Positions 19,213 to 29,777 of a DNA stretch of 64,000 bases are shown in pieces. The translations under genes were made by a program, and so were the position numbers. The DNA is from Candidatus Poribacteria bacterium. GTDB taxonomy: Bacteria; Poribacteria; WGA-4E; UBA9662. How positions within the stretch are numbered: the first letter of the stretch is position 1; every line of letters begins with the position of its first letter. The notes beneath the pieces were generated by a model. It saw only the letters and a list, made by a program, of their open reading frames with translations. It was not told where the DNA came from and searched no databases. The stretch covers positions 32,001 to 96,000 of the forward strand of contig JAYZAL010000036.1 in NCBI GenBank assembly GCA_036339735.1, written 5' to 3'.

Positions 19213-21093
19213 ATGCGATTCATTTTCCAATACTATCATTGGCTATCCTTAACTTTTTTTTGTCTCAATGTATATACCTATTCCAAGGCACTAAAAATTG
19301 ATGGTCAACCACAAGACATCAAAGTGGCCCAAATTAACATTTTTGGTAATGATCTGATCGGTGAATCTAAAATCAGAAGTGTGATGTCTTGTGAAATCGG
19401 TCAAGTGTATCAAGAGAAATTGCTTACTGAAGATATTAATCAAATTCTCCAAATCTATCAAAAAGAAGGATATGGTTGGACTAGTCTGAAAGTAAATAAA
19501 AGTAGTTTGGATTCACAGATCGTACTAGATTTGCATTTTGACGAAATCAAAAGTGTTAGCGTAAGAAGAATAAAAATTATTGGTAATCAATTATTTAAAG
19601 AGAGCGATTTGCAATCTGTATTGGCTCTCTCTGGGGACTTAACCAGAAAACGTCTGCAAGATGGTATTGACCGCTTGTTGGAATTCTATAGTGAATATGG
19701 CTACCCCAAAACCATAATTAGATTACAAAGCTTCCAGATATCCAAAATAGAAAGAAAACCAAAAAAACATCAACTGGACTTTCAACTCATAATCGAGGAA
19801 GGTAAAAAACAATATTTTGGAGAAGTACAGATTCGAGGTCTACAAAAGACAAAGTTTGCTTTGCTAGAGAAAGAACTTTTTATCAAATCAGGACAATTGT
19901 TCGATCAACGAAAAGTTGATCAGTCCATACATCGATTAAGAAATTTGGGCTATTTTTATCAAGTAAAATACCAATTGATCAGTTCTTCAAATACCAATAA
20001 CATAGATTTTGTCGCAGATGTAATTGAAGCGCGAACAGGTCGTTTAAGTGGTGTGATTGGTTTAAAGCCACAGTCTGAATCCGAAACGGATCAAACTCCT
20101 ACATCAACACAATTTGTAGGAATGCTTGAGGCAATGGACAACAACTTGTTTGGTAGTGGTAGAAAGATTAAGCTTCAATGGAAATCTATCCTTCCTTCGC
20201 ACTTCGAAATCGGATACGAAGAACCTTGGCTGTTAAATCGGCCAATTTCTCTGGGTTTATCCTACAGCAAAGTTTCTCGTTCATCAATTCCCAACCGGGA
20301 TGAAATCATGCCACAATCACGACAAGATTTCACCCAAATCACACAACCGAATTTGGCAGAAAATAGTCAGTATTCAATTTCGAGTGGGAAAGGATTTGGT
20401 GTCATACCATCGATTGATGAGCTAACGGCAAGTGCATATCTCAAAATTCGTTTTTTTCGTCAGCTTGAATCTCAATTCACCTTAAGCTACAAAAGGATTT
20501 TCCTTCCAGCGCCAAAAAACACCTTAACGAGGAGTATGAATAAAAAGTATGCCGTAAGAGCTGGCCTTATGAGTGATACACGAGATTTTTATTTGTCTCC
20601 GTCCACTGGGCATATTATGCGAATCGCATTTGAATCATCGAAAGGTGATCTGAACTACTACAAAGGGTGGATTGATTTAGAAAAGTTCTTTCAATTGTGG
20701 ACGAAGCAGGTTTTTGCAGTTGGTTCACATCTGGCTATAGCTTGGGGAGACGACCTGACACGTTTGTATTCTATTCCAACTGAACGTTTTTTTCTAGGAG
20801 GAGCAAAAAGCCTACGTGGGTACGAAGAAGATTGGTTTTCCGGTTTGCGCCGCTTCCACTCTAATTTGGAGTATCGTTACCATATTGGGTACCGATCTCA
20901 ATTGTTCATATTTCTAGATTGTGGTACAGTTGCCAAGCAAAATTGGCAATTTGATACTATCAAAATTGGGTACGGACCAGGCTTAAGATTGGAATCCCAG
21001 AAAGGTATTATATTCAAAATCGATTATGGCTTAGAACCAGATGGCACCTTGACTACAGGGAAATTGCATCTAAACTTGGGAGCGACATTTTAA
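19213..21093 (+). CDS. Omp85/BamA-TamA family outer membrane protein
   Basis: POTRA repeats (I.GN..), NLFGSG, YEEPW, LGGAKSLRGY, C-terminal LGATF. Confidence 0.85.
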   Translation: MRFIFQYYHWLSLTFFCLNVYTYSKALKIDGQPQDIKVAQINIFGNDLIGESKIRSVMSCEIGQVYQEKLLTEDINQILQIYQKEGYGWTSLKVNKSSLDSQIVLDLHFDEIKSVSVRRIKIIGNQLFKESDLQSVLALSGDLTRKRLQDGIDRLLEFYSEYGYPKTIIRLQSFQISKIERKPKKHQLDFQLIIEEGKKQYFGEVQIRGLQKTKFALLEKELFIKSGQLFDQRKVDQSIHRLRNLGYFYQVKYQLISSSNTNNIDFVADVIEARTGRLSGVIGLKPQSESETDQTPTSTQFVGMLEAMDNNLFGSGRKIKLQWKSILPSHFEIGYEEPWLLNRPISLGLSYSKVSRSSIPNRDEIMPQSRQDFTQITQPNLAENSQYSISSGKGFGVIPSIDELTASAYLKIRFFRQLESQFTLSYKRIFLPAPKNTLTRSMNKKYAVRAGLMSDTRDFYLSPSTGHIMRIAFESSKGDLNYYKGWIDLEKFFQLWTKQVFAVGSHLAIAWGDDLTRLYSIPTERFFLGGAKSLRGYEEDWFSGLRRFHSNLEYRYHIGYRSQLFIFLDCGTVAKQNWQFDTIKIGYGPGLRLESQKGIIFKIDYGLEPDGTLTTGKLHLNLGATF

Positions 21094-21367
21094 CATTTCT
21101 GTATTCAATCATGTTGATTGATAAAGCTTACAGGGTAGCTTTCTGGTCATGATTAACTGATCACTTCCAATGATGAAAGAGGTAACTCCTTTTGCTTGCT
21201 TTTTTATCGTGAAATATGTTAAATTTCGCGGGTGGGTGGATTGTCGGCCTGTTTATGGGTGCTAGTTGTTAATTGAGCATAGAAAACTCAAAACATCGGC
21301 TGCTTAACTAGCCAGTTTACATATTCTCCGAGCCTTTCTCGGTTCATTTTGATTGACCGAGATCATC

Positions 21368-21402
21368 AAGAGTGGGATACTTCTCCCGCTCTTTTGTTTT
21401 TT
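21368..21402 (+). promoter_or_regulatory. rimP leader attenuator hairpin (intrinsic terminator upstream of the rimP-nusA-infB operon)
   Basis: AAGAGTGGGA-tacttc-TCCCGCTCTT followed by TTGTTTTTT just before the rimP RBS. Confidence 0.75.
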
Positions 21403-21409
21403 AGGGACA

Positions 21410-21913
21410 GTGTCCACACAATCTTTAAAAGAGTCAATTTTTAGTCTAGTTCAACCAGTTCTCCAATCCGAAGAAGCAGAGCTGGTTGATGTGGAGTTTG
21501 AGGGGGAACCCAATGGGAAAACTCTTCGAATTCTAGTACATAAAAAGGGTGGAGTCTCAGTGGAGGACTGCCGTCACATAACTAAAATAATTCAACCGAT
21601 TCTGTCTGTACATCAACTCTTAGCAGATAATTGGGCGTTTGAAGTCTCGTCGCCGGGTATAGATCGTCCACTAGTTTCACATGACGATTTTCGTCGCAAC
21701 CAAGGCCAGCTGATTTCTGTGCAATATCTGGATCAGGGAAAACTTAAGCAGTCTGTAGGACGAATTGAGTCAATTGCAGATACGTCGATTTTGATAAAAG
21801 TACAAGGTACGAAGCCAAAAAGACAAAAAAAATCACCTCGAAAATCTCAAGCTCAACTGATCGAGGTTGAAATTGCCGATATTCAGAGCGCACAGATTGA
21901 GCTTGTTTGGTGA
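21410..21913 (+). CDS. rimP: Ribosome maturation factor RimP
   Basis: ELVDVE, LRILV..GVSVEDC, EVSSPGIDRPL; start GTG 21410 after AGGGA (the ORF-track start 21353 lies inside the leader). Confidence 0.92.
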   Translation: MSTQSLKESIFSLVQPVLQSEEAELVDVEFEGEPNGKTLRILVHKKGGVSVEDCRHITKIIQPILSVHQLLADNWAFEVSSPGIDRPLVSHDDFRRNQGQLISVQYLDQGKLKQSVGRIESIADTSILIKVQGTKPKRQKKSPRKSQAQLIEVEIADIQSAQIELVW

Positions 21914-21974
21914 TCTACATCACATCATAAGGAAACAGGCAAGCAAGAAGGATAACCGAAGGTGAGGAAAACGA

Positions 21975-23285
21975 ATGAATGATCTAATTGCTACAGTTCG
22001 CCAAATGATGGGGCAAACTGAATTGCCGCAGGAGATTTTTATAGATGCGATCGAGACTGCGTTGATGCAAGCAGCTCGGCGAAGATACGGAACAACCGAC
22101 GGGATTAGGATTATGATTGATGGCGATTCGGGTCTTATTCGTTGTTTTGTTCCTAAGAAAGTCGTCAATATCATGAGGAGTTACGCGAAGGAAATCCCGA
22201 TTGAAGAAGCACTAGAAGTGAAATCAGATGCTGAGATTGGCGAAACTATCGAAGTTGAAGTAGACCTCAAAGATTTTGGTCGAATTGAAGCCTCCACTGC
22301 TCGCCAAATACTAGCCCAGAAAATTAAGGATGCAGAAAGGCAGCAAGTCTTACAGGAATTTCATGAAAAGGTAGGTGAGCTAGTTACTGGCTACGTACAC
22401 AGAATAGAAAATCGGAGCGTTATCTTGGAACTCGATCGAACTGAGGGGATTCTGCCTCATAATGATTTGGCCGAATTCTCATCTTATGGCCGCCCTAACT
22501 TCCGCAGAGGTGAAGCCCTAAAATGCCTCGTTGTCAATGTGGCCGACACAAATCACGGGCCGGAAATAATACTATCTAGGGCAAGCAATAATTTGGTTGC
22601 GAGGCTTTTTGAGTTGGAAGTTCCAGAAGTAGAGGATGGACTGGTTGAAGTTAAATCTATCGCTAGAGATGCTGGTGATCGTTCCAAAGTTGCGGTCCAT
22701 TCTAACGAACAGGGACTTGATCCCGTTGGCACTTGTGTTGGGATTAGAGGATCACGTGTCCGAGCTATAGTAGAAGAGTTGAATGGTGAAAAAGTCGAAC
22801 TGATACAGTGGAATTCAGACCCAACCATTTTTGTCAAAAATGCATTACAACCCGCCAAAATCTCTCGGGCAAGCCTAAGCGACACCGAAGAAGGAGTGGT
22901 AAAGGTAATAGTTCCCGATGATCAGCTTTCGCTGGCAATTGGTAAAAGAGGACAAAACGTTCGTCTCTCGGCACGATTGACTAGCCACCGTATTGACATT
23001 GTTAGTGAATCAGAATCGGTCGATCAACTAAAAGCGGAAATGGCAAGTGTATTTGCGAATCATCTTAAAAAAGATGAAGCAAGTAATCTGGAAGATAACC
23101 CAATAACATCAATTGATGGGGTCGGCCCAAAAATAGCAAGCATTCTGAATACAGCTGGATACGTTACAATTGACGATGTTATAAATGCAAGTATAGATGA
23201 TTTAGCCAGCTTGGAGGGGATAGGCACAAAGACAGCCAAACGGATTTACCAGTCAGCAGAAGCAGTAGAAACTGAATCGGATTAA
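21975..23285 (+). CDS. nusA: Transcription termination/antitermination factor NusA with C-terminal HhH extension
   Basis: S1 and KH domains, DPVGTCVGIRGSR, LSLAIGKRGQNVRL; IDGVGPK/LEGIGTK HhH motifs. Confidence 0.97.
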   Translation: MNDLIATVRQMMGQTELPQEIFIDAIETALMQAARRRYGTTDGIRIMIDGDSGLIRCFVPKKVVNIMRSYAKEIPIEEALEVKSDAEIGETIEVEVDLKDFGRIEASTARQILAQKIKDAERQQVLQEFHEKVGELVTGYVHRIENRSVILELDRTEGILPHNDLAEFSSYGRPNFRRGEALKCLVVNVADTNHGPEIILSRASNNLVARLFELEVPEVEDGLVEVKSIARDAGDRSKVAVHSNEQGLDPVGTCVGIRGSRVRAIVEELNGEKVELIQWNSDPTIFVKNALQPAKISRASLSDTEEGVVKVIVPDDQLSLAIGKRGQNVRLSARLTSHRIDIVSESESVDQLKAEMASVFANHLKKDEASNLEDNPITSIDGVGPKIASILNTAGYVTIDDVINASIDDLASLEGIGTKTAKRIYQSAEAVETESD

Positions 23286-23314
23286 GTTATTTGCTATAAA
23301 GTTGGAATAACCTC

Positions 23315-23644
23315 ATGCCCAAGCATATACCCTTTCGAACATGTTTGATCTGCCGTGCAAAAAAAGAAAAAAGTCAACTAATCCGAATTTCCCTCGATCC
23401 TGATGGAAGTATTGTGGTTGGGAAGGTTCCCGAGAAGACAGGGAATAAAGTGTTTAGCACCGGGCGGGGCGTATATGTTTGTCCCCAAGAAAAATGTATT
23501 GACAAAATTACTAAATCAGTTGGTAAGTCTCGCAGAAAGCAGGCTTATGCCCTAAGTAGATCCTTTAGGCAAGTAATTAGCGTAGAAAACATGGATCAAT
23601 TAGAAAAAACTTTATCTGGCTTCATGACAAAATCGGCTATATAA
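23315..23644 (+). CDS. ylxR: YlxR/RnpM family RNA-binding protein
   Basis: P.RTCLICR..K..LIRI, GRGVYVC; lies between nusA and infB. Confidence 0.88.
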   Translation: MPKHIPFRTCLICRAKKEKSQLIRISLDPDGSIVVGKVPEKTGNKVFSTGRGVYVCPQEKCIDKITKSVGKSRRKQAYALSRSFRQVISVENMDQLEKTLSGFMTKSAI

Positions 23645-23675
23645 AAAGAAAGCGCCTTTTAGAGTAGGAGGCAAT

Positions 23676-25784
23676 ATGACAGACCAACAAATACCTCAAG
23701 CTAACCAAGGCGGACATGCAAATGTCCGTGTCTATGCAATCGCGAAACAGTATGATCTAAGTAGTAAAGATTTCATCCAGAGATTAGCCGACTACGGTGT
23801 TTCTGTCAAAAGCCACATGAGTACGCTGGACGCGAAGACTTTAGAGTTAATTGAAACAAAATTCAGTGAAAACGCCGATGTTGCCGACACAAATACAGCT
23901 AATGAGAAGGCAGAAAAAGAGGAGGCTGCAGAACTAGATTCGAATGAAACGAAGAATAAGAAAAAAGTTAAATCAAAAAAGAATAAAAAAGAAAAAAAGA
24001 ACAAGAGAAAAAAAGATGTAGGCCCCTCAACCTTAAACACTGAGATTGAAATTGAAGAGGGGGTTTCGGTAGGGAGGTTAGCTAACACTTTGAACAAGCG
24101 GCCAACCGAGATTATCATGCAATTGATGAAATTAGGCGTGATGGCCAATGTTAACCAAAATTTGGATTTTGAGACTCTGACCTCTATTAGTTCGAGCTTC
24201 AATTTCGTTCCTGTGCGGCAGCTTACACTGGAGGAAATTAACCTTGTAGATGAAAGCGATGATCCTACAGATTTAATGCCGAGGGCGCCAGTGATAACTA
24301 TAATGGGCCATGTTGATCACGGGAAAACCTCCTTGTTGGATGCTGTCCGGCAATCAAATGTGTTACAAACAGAAGCTGGTAGTATTACTCAACATATTGG
24401 TGCTTATCATGTCGAATTGGATGGTGGGAAAGTCGTTTTTCTAGACACTCCAGGTCATGCGGCCTTCACTGCAATGCGATCTAGAGGGGCGGAAGTCACT
24501 GATTTAGTCGTGCTAATCGTGGCGGCAGACGACGGAATTATGCCACAAACCATAGAAGCAATCAGCCACGCAAAGGCTGCAAATGTTCCGATTGTTGTTG
24601 CTATCAATAAAATTGATGTAGCAACGGCTCGGCCAGATTTTGTGAAGCAACAATTAATTGAACAGGACCTAATGCCAGAAGAGTGGGGTGGGCAAACTAC
24701 AGTCGTCGAAATATCAGCTCTGGAGCGATTGGGTATTGATGATTTATTGGAATTGATCCTATTAGAAGCAGAACTGCTGGAATTAAAAGCTAACCCGGAC
24801 AAATTAGCACGAGCCACCGTTGTAGAAGCAAAATTGGACCGTGGGCGTGGTGCCGCAGCTACGATTCTAGTACAAGAAGGAACACTACGAGTCGGTGACG
24901 CTTTTGTTGCAGGAATGTACTCAGGGCGGGTGCGCGCCATGATAGACGACTGGGGAAAACCAATAGAAGAGGCTGGGCCTTCCACACCAGTGGAAGTGCT
25001 GGGGTTCAATGGCGTTCCAGAAGCAGGTGATGCTTTCTACGCAGTACGATCCGAGAAAGTGGCTAAGGAAATTAGTGATAAACGGCAAGCAGAACATCGG
25101 GAAAATAAACTGGGGGCTAATAGCCGGGTAACACTAGAGGCTCTATTTGAGCAAGTCAAATCTGGTAACGTTAAAGACCTAAATGTTATTTTAAAAGGAG
25201 ATGTGCAGGGATCAGTACAAGCTATTGCTCAATCTCTAATAGAACAAGGCAATAAAGAGGTTGGAGTTAATGTTATCCATCAAGCCGTCGGCGGAATTAC
25301 CGAGGCAGATATACTGCTGGCTACGGCGTCCAACGCAATTGTGGTAGGTTTCAACGTACACCCCACCACGGAAGCCCTACGCACGTCAGATTCTGAAGGA
25401 ATCGATGTGCGCAGTTACAATGTTATTTACGAACTTATTAATGATGTGCGCTCGGCTATAGAGGGTATGTTAGAGCCTGAAGTACGAGAAGTCGTATTAG
25501 GTCGAGCTGTGATTCGCGAAATTTTCCAAGTCCCCCGAGCTGGTATAGTTGCAGGCAGTTATGTAAACTGGGGTAAAGTCGTTCATAATCAACCTTTGAG
25601 AGTACTAAGAAATAATCGACTCATTTACGAAGGAAAAACTGACTCGCTCAGACGTTTCCAAGATAATGTTAACGAAGTCGCGACTAATTATGAATGTGGT
25701 ATTTCTATTGATGGATTTGACGATTTCAAAATCGATGATGTGTTAGAGTGTTATACTGAGGAGTACATAGCTCGTAAATTGTGA
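23676..25784 (+). CDS. infB: Translation initiation factor IF-2
   Basis: [28 protein letters not shown]. Confidence 0.98.
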   Translation: MTDQQIPQANQGGHANVRVYAIAKQYDLSSKDFIQRLADYGVSVKSHMSTLDAKTLELIETKFSENADVADTNTANEKAEKEEAAELDSNETKNKKKVKSKKNKKEKKNKRKKDVGPSTLNTEIEIEEGVSVGRLANTLNKRPTEIIMQLMKLGVMANVNQNLDFETLTSISSSFNFVPVRQLTLEEINLVDESDDPTDLMPRAPVITIMGHVDHGKTSLLDAVRQSNVLQTEAGSITQHIGAYHVELDGGKVVFLDTPGHAAFTAMRSRGAEVTDLVVLIVAADDGIMPQTIEAISHAKAANVPIVVAINKIDVATARPDFVKQQLIEQDLMPEEWGGQTTVVEISALERLGIDDLLELILLEAELLELKANPDKLARATVVEAKLDRGRGAAATILVQEGTLRVGDAFVAGMYSGRVRAMIDDWGKPIEEAGPSTPVEVLGFNGVPEAGDAFYAVRSEKVAKEISDKRQAEHRENKLGANSRVTLEALFEQVKSGNVKDLNVILKGDVQGSVQAIAQSLIEQGNKEVGVNVIHQAVGGITEADILLATASNAIVVGFNVHPTTEALRTSDSEGIDVRSYNVIYELINDVRSAIEGMLEPEVREVVLGRAVIREIFQVPRAGIVAGSYVNWGKVVHNQPLRVLRNNRLIYEGKTDSLRRFQDNVNEVATNYECGISIDGFDDFKIDDVLECYTEEYIARKL

Positions 25785-25808
25785 GTTCCTGACTGAATTG
25801 TGTTAGTC

Positions 25809-26093
25809 ATGCGTGTCGGCGTTTGTACCGCTTACTTGTTAATACCAGAAAGTCAATCACTAAAAGACAAGCGAAGAGTTGTTAAAAGTTTGCTGGCAAA
25901 ACTCGGGAATCGTTTTAATATAGCGGTTTCTGAAATTGGCGATTTGGATACTCCCAAGAGATCAGTGATAGGTATCGTGTCTATATCCAATGATTCTCGG
26001 CATCTGAACCAAATGTTGTCTAAAGTTGTTGGGTTTATTGAGAAAATGAATTTAGCGATTCTCGTTGACTATGAGATTGATTTGAGTTACTGA
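25809..26093 (+). CDS. ylxP: DUF503 (YlxP) family protein
   Basis: SLKDKRRVVKSL..RFNIAVSE; usual position between infB and rbfA. Confidence 0.85.
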   Translation: MRVGVCTAYLLIPESQSLKDKRRVVKSLLAKLGNRFNIAVSEIGDLDTPKRSVIGIVSISNDSRHLNQMLSKVVGFIEKMNLAILVDYEIDLSY

Positions 26094-26122
26094 TTGTTAA
26101 TTATTATGATACTGGGGCAAAT

Positions 26123-26470
26123 ATGGCAGGTTCTAAACGAATAGACCGAGTCTCAGAGATGGTCCAACGCGAATTAAGCTGGATCTTGCAAAACGAGATT
26201 CGTGACCCACGTCTTTCGTTTTGTACTGTCACGCATGTTGAATTGTCGCCTGATCTCCGATATGCTAAGGTGAAAATCAGTTCAGTTAATGAGTCGACTG
26301 ATGAACTACTTCCGGCTTTGAAAAAAGCTAGTAAATTCCTGCGACGACAAGTTGGACATAGGCTTGAACTGAAGCATGTTCCCGAACTATTTTTTAGTAT
26401 AGATGATACTGTTGATAGACTGATAAAAATCGACCAGATGCTTGCTGGACTAAGAGATTCGGATTATTGA
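26123..26470 (+). CDS. rbfA: Ribosome-binding factor A
   Basis: IRDPRL..VTHVELSPDLRYAKV, VPELFF. Confidence 0.95.
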   Translation: MAGSKRIDRVSEMVQRELSWILQNEIRDPRLSFCTVTHVELSPDLRYAKVKISSVNESTDELLPALKKASKFLRRQVGHRLELKHVPELFFSIDDTVDRLIKIDQMLAGLRDSDY

Positions 26471-26576
26471 GTTCCTTTCTGTGGATCAAGAGTTTTGAAT
26501 TTAACCGATGGGTTTTGGCTCATCCTGTCTATGCTGTCATCACCTATCCTAAGTAGATTATATTAGAACCAAACTA

Positions 26577-27566
26577 ATGGTACAAAAGTATTTTGAAGTT
26601 CTGAACCTGTTCGGCCAGTACAAACACTTTGCACTTTCGACACATTTAAACCCAGATGGGGACGCCCTCGGTTCTGAATTAGCGATCTATTCTGTTTTAA
26701 AAGAGCTAGGTAAGCGTGTTCACATTTTCAATTCTGACCCGACACCAGATAATTATCATTTTTTGCCTTTCCATCAATACATTAAATCACCTTCCGAAGT
26801 TAGGAAAGTATACTCAAATTTTTCGCCCGAAGTCTTAGTTGTCTTGGATGCGGGCAGCTTAAGCCGAATAGGCGATAAATTAGCGCACCAGCTACAGCCC
26901 ACTGAGTTCGTTGTCAATATTGATCATCACCACACATCAGCCCCGTTCGGTGACATAAATATCATTGAAACTCAAGCCTCGTCGACTTCAGAGATCGTCT
27001 ATCGTATTATCCAGTCTAGCGGGTTGGAGATTGGGAAAGAACGCGCTATCTGCTTGTACACAGGACTAATGTTTGACACCGGTTGTTTTCGTTATTCCAA
27101 TTCTACATCTACTGCACACCAAATGGCCGCTGACTTGATTGAAGAGGGCGTTTCTGTTGACGAAGTATATCGATATGTTTATGATACAGTCCCCAAAATA
27201 CGTTTACATCTATTGGGAGATGTTTTACAAACACTAGAAACGTCTGTAGATGGGAAGATTGCTTGGCTAAAAGTCACACAGAAAATGCTGAAAAAAAATG
27301 GGTGCGGTTTTAGTCAATTAGAGGGGTTTGTAAACTACATTCGAGCAATTGATTCAGTCGAAGTAGCTATCATCGCAGGTGAATTAGAAAATGGTTTTAC
27401 CAAGTTTAGTTTACGTAGCAAAAATAGGGTCGATGTTAGTCGGATTTGTGGCTTGTATGGTGGGGGAGGCCATCAAAAAGCGGCTGGCTGCCTAATTGAG
27501 AAGCCCATAAATGAAGCTTTGGCTCAATTAACTGATGCTGCACAATTACAGATTGATGAATATTAA
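26577..27566 (+). CDS. nrnA: DHH/DHHA1 phosphoesterase (NrnA-like oligoribonuclease/pAp phosphatase)
   Basis: HLNPDGDALGS, IDHH, DTGCF, SLRS, GGGGHQKAAG. Confidence 0.9.
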   Translation: MVQKYFEVLNLFGQYKHFALSTHLNPDGDALGSELAIYSVLKELGKRVHIFNSDPTPDNYHFLPFHQYIKSPSEVRKVYSNFSPEVLVVLDAGSLSRIGDKLAHQLQPTEFVVNIDHHHTSAPFGDINIIETQASSTSEIVYRIIQSSGLEIGKERAICLYTGLMFDTGCFRYSNSTSTAHQMAADLIEEGVSVDEVYRYVYDTVPKIRLHLLGDVLQTLETSVDGKIAWLKVTQKMLKKNGCGFSQLEGFVNYIRAIDSVEVAIIAGELENGFTKFSLRSKNRVDVSRICGLYGGGGHQKAAGCLIEKPINEALAQLTDAAQLQIDEY

Positions 27567-27571
27567 ATAGC

Positions 27572-28327
27572 ATGAATGGTATTATAAACTTAAATAAATC
27601 AGGGGGAATTAGCTCTCGGAGAGCCGTTGATCAGGTACAGAGGCTGCTAGGAATCAAAAAAGCTGGGCATGGTGGCACCCTAGATCCGACGGCAACAGGT
27701 GTTTTATTGGTTTGCCTAGGTCGTGCCACTAAACTATTTGACGCGTTACAAATTGGTACCAAGACTTACGAGGCTACGATGCTACTGGGCATAACGACCG
27801 ACAGCTTTGATACCAGTGGTAAAATTCTTACAAGATCAGTTGCTGATCACATTACTATTGAGCAAATTGAACAATCCTTAGGACACTTTAGAGGTCCGAT
27901 TCAGCAAACTGTTCCTATGTTTTCGGCAATCAAGCGAAAAGGTCAACCTTTGTACAAAATGGCTAGAAAGGGAATCCAGCTCGATAAACTCCCTACTCGT
28001 CAGGTCAAAATTGACCAGCTAAAACTGATTTCAGGAGAATTATCAGCCGACAATACATTACCTGAGGTGAAAATATCTGTGGTTTGTAGTAAAGGTACCT
28101 ACATAAGATCTTTAGTTTCAGATATTGGACAAAAACTAAATTGTGGAGCCGTTTTATCCCAACTCAACCGAACAAGCTCTGGTATTTTTCATTTATCAGA
28201 CGCTCATACTATAGATCAACTAAAAAGCAAAAACTCAATCGAACACGAAATTATCATTCCATTTGAACAGGCGAGTCAAATGTTAGGCCAGTATCGAGAA
28301 CAATTTTCTTTAATAAAAAAAACGTAA
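27572..28327 (+). CDS. truB: tRNA pseudouridine(55) synthase
   Basis: KAGHGGTLDP.ATGVL, PMFSAIK, CSKGTYIRSL. Confidence 0.95.
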   Translation: MNGIINLNKSGGISSRRAVDQVQRLLGIKKAGHGGTLDPTATGVLLVCLGRATKLFDALQIGTKTYEATMLLGITTDSFDTSGKILTRSVADHITIEQIEQSLGHFRGPIQQTVPMFSAIKRKGQPLYKMARKGIQLDKLPTRQVKIDQLKLISGELSADNTLPEVKISVVCSKGTYIRSLVSDIGQKLNCGAVLSQLNRTSSGIFHLSDAHTIDQLKSKNSIEHEIIIPFEQASQMLGQYREQFSLIKKT

Positions 28328-28341
28328 CGTAAAAATACATT

Positions 28342-29292
28342 GTGACAATCATCCAAGGCTACGATCCATCTTTCACAAGAGATGGTATTGGTCTCAGTAT
28401 TGGTGTATTTGATGGAGTACATATTGGGCACCAATCTATCCTTCAAAAGTTGTATGATTGGGGGCAAGGAGCTCAATTACCAACAGCTGTGCTAACATTT
28501 GAGCCATCTCCAATAGAGCTATTGAAACCGAATCTGGCCCCTCCCAAACTGACACAGTCGAGCCAGAAAATTGAAATTTTGCAAAGTTTTGGAATCGGTG
28601 CAGCCTTTACTCTTCGGTTCAACACGGAAACGTCGAATATGTCGGCTGCTGATTTTATCTCTGAGATTTTAGTTGACCAATTAAGGACTAGACATTTGGT
28701 GATTGGATATGATTGGCACTTTGGCAAAGATCGTGGCGGAACTATCGAAACCCTAGAGAAATATGGCGAGAAATATGGGTTTAGTATATCGGTAGTTGAG
28801 CAGCGACAAATCGATGGACAATCTGTCCATAGTACTAAAATACGATCAGCTATTGCAGAAGGAGATCTGGAATTAGCCAGGGCGATGCTAACCCGTCCGC
28901 ACACATTGCGAGGTCGAGTGATAAGGGGTGACCAACGGGGGCGTCAGATAGGTTTTCCAACAGCCAATATTGATGCTGGACGACAAGTTTTACCACCAAG
29001 TGGTGTATACGCGACATCGGTTGCGTTAAAAACCTCGAACTCAGAATTTTCAACAATCTATGAAAGTGTGGCCAACATTGGTATTCAACCCACCTTCGGA
29101 CGAAATGATTCAAAAATCGAAGTCCATATTCTAGATTTTAATCAGGAAATCTATGGGAAAGAATTAGATGTCGTTTTGCAAGAAAAGATTCGAAATGAAA
29201 TGGAGTTTCCAGACACACAATGCCTAGCTAAACAAATCCGAGAAGATATTAAGGCAGCACGATCGATATTGAGTGATTCGTATTTTATTTAA
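28342..29292 (+). CDS. ribF: Bifunctional riboflavin kinase/FAD synthetase
   Basis: GVFDGVHIGHQ, RGRQIGFPTAN, EVHILDF. Confidence 0.95.
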   Translation: MTIIQGYDPSFTRDGIGLSIGVFDGVHIGHQSILQKLYDWGQGAQLPTAVLTFEPSPIELLKPNLAPPKLTQSSQKIEILQSFGIGAAFTLRFNTETSNMSAADFISEILVDQLRTRHLVIGYDWHFGKDRGGTIETLEKYGEKYGFSISVVEQRQIDGQSVHSTKIRSAIAEGDLELARAMLTRPHTLRGRVIRGDQRGRQIGFPTANIDAGRQVLPPSGVYATSVALKTSNSEFSTIYESVANIGIQPTFGRNDSKIEVHILDFNQEIYGKELDVVLQEKIRNEMEFPDTQCLAKQIREDIKAARSILSDSYFI

Positions 29293-29358
29293 AAATGTCT
29301 ACCTTTGTTAGTCCCATGATCTTTGTCAATCAATTGATGGGGATTGAAAACATATTTA

Positions 29359-29367
29359 TGTTATAAT
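29359..29367 (+). promoter_or_regulatory. Extended -10 promoter upstream of rpsO
   Basis: TGtTATAAT about 55 bp before rpsO. Confidence 0.5.
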
Positions 29368-29419
29368 GTGGGCTTGCAGAGTGGAATTTTGGATGTAGTT
29401 ACTGAAATAAAGGAGAAGA

Positions 29420-29713
29420 TTGATCGTGGGTTTAGACAAAAGAGAGACTCAAGAAATTCTAGAAGATCATAAAAAGCACGATACTGATACGGGCTCACCT
29501 GAGGTTCAAATTTCATTGTTAAATGCTAGGATTAAGCAACTAACCGAACATTTACGAACACATACCAAAGACCATCATTCTCGGTATGGAATGTTCAAAT
29601 TGGTTGGGCGGCAAAGGCGATTGCTGCGCTATCTGTATAATGCCGATGCCCCTCGCTATCGCCAATTAATCCAGAAACTTGGCCTTAGAGATGTAATCAG
29701 TAGAAGAGGATAA
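29420..29713 (+). CDS. rpsO: 30S ribosomal protein S15
   Basis: [31 protein letters not shown]; start 29420 or 29426. Confidence 0.97.
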   Translation: MIVGLDKRETQEILEDHKKHDTDTGSPEVQISLLNARIKQLTEHLRTHTKDHHSRYGMFKLVGRQRRLLRYLYNADAPRYRQLIQKLGLRDVISRRG

Positions 29714-29777
29714 TCATCGATACAGCCCAGTGGACGCATGAGAAGTGGAGTTAGGAAACATAAGGAGCAAGAAATAA

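Noticed and set aside
21353-21409. ORF-track N-terminal extension of RimP resembling a signal peptide
   Set aside because: It is the translated leader terminator and U tract; true start is GTG 21410
23945-24015. A-rich low-complexity stretch in infB
   Set aside because: Encodes a Lys-rich linker, ordinary for the variable IF-2 N-terminus; frame intact
29344-29358. 15-mer TTGAAAACATATTTA shared with 51830-51844
   Set aside because: Very AT-rich, only two copies, unrelated downstream genes; plausibly chance
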